From: Podarcis muralis | Taxonomy: Eukaryota | Assembly (NCBI RefSeq): GCF_964188315.1 | Contig: NC_135667.1 | Span: 33,232,001-33,296,000 of the forward strand | Direction of reading: 5' to 3' | Length of the DNA stretch: 64,000 bases | Shown here: piece by piece, positions 61,740 to 64,000 of the stretch | How the letters are laid out: every line of letters begins with the position of its first letter | Numbering within the stretch: the first letter of the stretch is position 1 | Position numbers and translations under genes: made by a program | The notes under the pieces: model-generated | What the model was told of the DNA's origin: nothing | Seen by the model: the letters and a program-made list of their open reading frames with translations, nothing else | Database searches by the model: none

Positions 61740-62966
61740 GAGACAAAAAGACAGTTCAGTATGAAGTTAAAATCCAAACACTTGAGTTTTAGACAACATT
61801 TTCACAGAAACCTAACCATGCTTTGTTTTTTTTAAAAAAGGTTTGTACACTTCTACGTACACACCACCCCCCCACACAAAGGATGAATGGGGGGTCAGTG
61901 GCTTGTGGGGTGTTTCAATGTCAGAGGTAAAATTGTCCTTTGGAAGAACAAAGTATCGTTAGCTTAAAAATGAAATGGGTAGGACTAGGGCAAGGTAAGC
62001 AATCATAAATGCCCAAGTCTGAACAGAAGATAGTTGTTTACAGAATATTCTGAAACCTACTACTACCTTGTGCTGTAGGGGGTAGATTTCACCCCTACTT
62101 TCCTTCCCCTTAATTAAAAGGATGCCTAAAATGCCACATACATACAAGAGCGAGGGGGGGGGGAGAGGCTAAAAACCCTCAGTTTCTGGTTGGTTAGAAG
62201 AAAAAAGATGCAGAGGTACTAAAAAAAATTGTCACATGGTTTGGGGGCAGAGTGCCCTCACTATGACTAGAGGGCAAAATATGAAGAAGCTGTCTCCTTT
62301 CCAATTCCCGCAGTAATAATTCTGGAAGGTGACTGTATTCATGGTTGCAATCAAATTGTAACTTTTAACACTTAGACACATAAGCTCCAGCCTCGCAGGA
62401 GTCATCAATTCCACTTGCAGCAGGAGGCATGTATTTTGTAAGAATTGCAATTCTGGATACAGATACCATGAACTGGCCCTCCCCAAATCAGTCAGAATGC
62501 ACCCTCCCTTCCCACCCCAACGATACACCGATAATAGCAAAAAGGAAGAAAGAAAAACTACACGCATGCTAATCTGTAAAAATGCAATTAACACTATTGG
62601 GGAGTAAGGCTGTAGATCACAGAGATGGTCTCTGAAGAACACACAGCCTCTGCCTGCTATCCCTTTTGGCAGCCTGTTCCAACTCTATTATTTTTATTTT
62701 TGCTTCACCCCCCCCCCCCCAAAGCAAAGAACAGCTGGGAACTCACCAATTCTCTCCTCTTTCCTCATGTATATATGATGAGAAAGGAAGAAAGGGGACA
62801 GCATGTTGTCACACCTAGTTGTCAGGGGCATAGAAATTGTCCGGTTTCTACAGAGAGCATCTTCCACAGCCGCCTCTTCACTTTCTCACTCATGTTCAAA
62901 CCCACAGTTTGATGATTTAATACAAAAGTCGGCCAGAGGAAGGATGGGGACAGAAGGGGAGGCAGG

Positions 62967-63224
<258 letters not shown>

Positions 63225-63836
63225 TCATGTGATCTTAAAGCTTTGGATGATACTGTGAATTTAATGCATGGCTTTGCTATTGATGCATAAGCACACCGAA
63301 GATTATTGTCCAGAAGGATAATACAAATCTGAGGTACCTTAACACTTCCCAGTTCATAGAATCATTGGCCACAAATCCTGATGCCTATAATGCAAAATAT
63401 GATTTATAAGCATTTATAAGCCTGATCCACACAATCCTTCCTCAAGGCATGGAAGGATTGTGGGAATGGGTTGCAAGAGCTAGTTATTTCCAGTTATGAC
63501 CTCAGAATGCTTGCAAGTAAAAGACAGTTGAACCTTACACAACAGAGAAAGCAGATTCCAAGTTTCATATAAATCACTTGCAAGGAACTAGAAAGCAGCA
63601 GATCAAAATGCAAGAGGTCATCAAAGTGATGAGGCTGTATATTAACAGTATTCTGCAGCTAAGATAATTAGCCCCCTCCTAAACTTTTAAAAATGTTAGA
63701 TAACCAATGGTCTTACCACCTGATCTCATTACAGACACTCATACCATTAAGTAGCTGTATTCCCAAAAATTCAACATCTGGATTCTAATCTCTGATGGAG
63801 GATGCACAAGGGAGAAAAGACAAAGGAACAGGCTTA

Positions 63837-63998
<162 letters not shown>

Positions 63999-64000
63999 AA

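Overview
Vertebrate (squamate, probably lacertid lizard; inferred from Sauria SINE, Bov-B and CR1-tailed tRNA SINE content) genomic window from the COPZ2-NFE2L1-CBX1 block that flanks the HOXB cluster in mammals. It contains 8 coding exons of COPZ2 (minus strand; last exon lies left of the window), a complete NFE2L1/NRF1 gene (plus strand, 5 coding exons, 764 aa), the last coding exon and 3'UTR of CBX1 (minus strand), a decayed PPP6C retrocopy and many transposons. All gene and repeat-family names come from recognising sequence by eye; no database search was run. The most unusual signal is a set of short hAT-type elements whose interiors look like captured CpG-island or first-exon DNA (Pack-element-like). 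One has perfect TIRs and TSD and carries a CCAAT box plus a 102-codon polyQ/polyP ORF. Other leads: candidate internal NFE2L1 promoters (an 84-bp NF-Y/RFX repeat, and AARE sites beside an in-frame alternative first exon), candidate extra COPZ2 exons, a GC-AG intron, and the apparent absence of miR-152.
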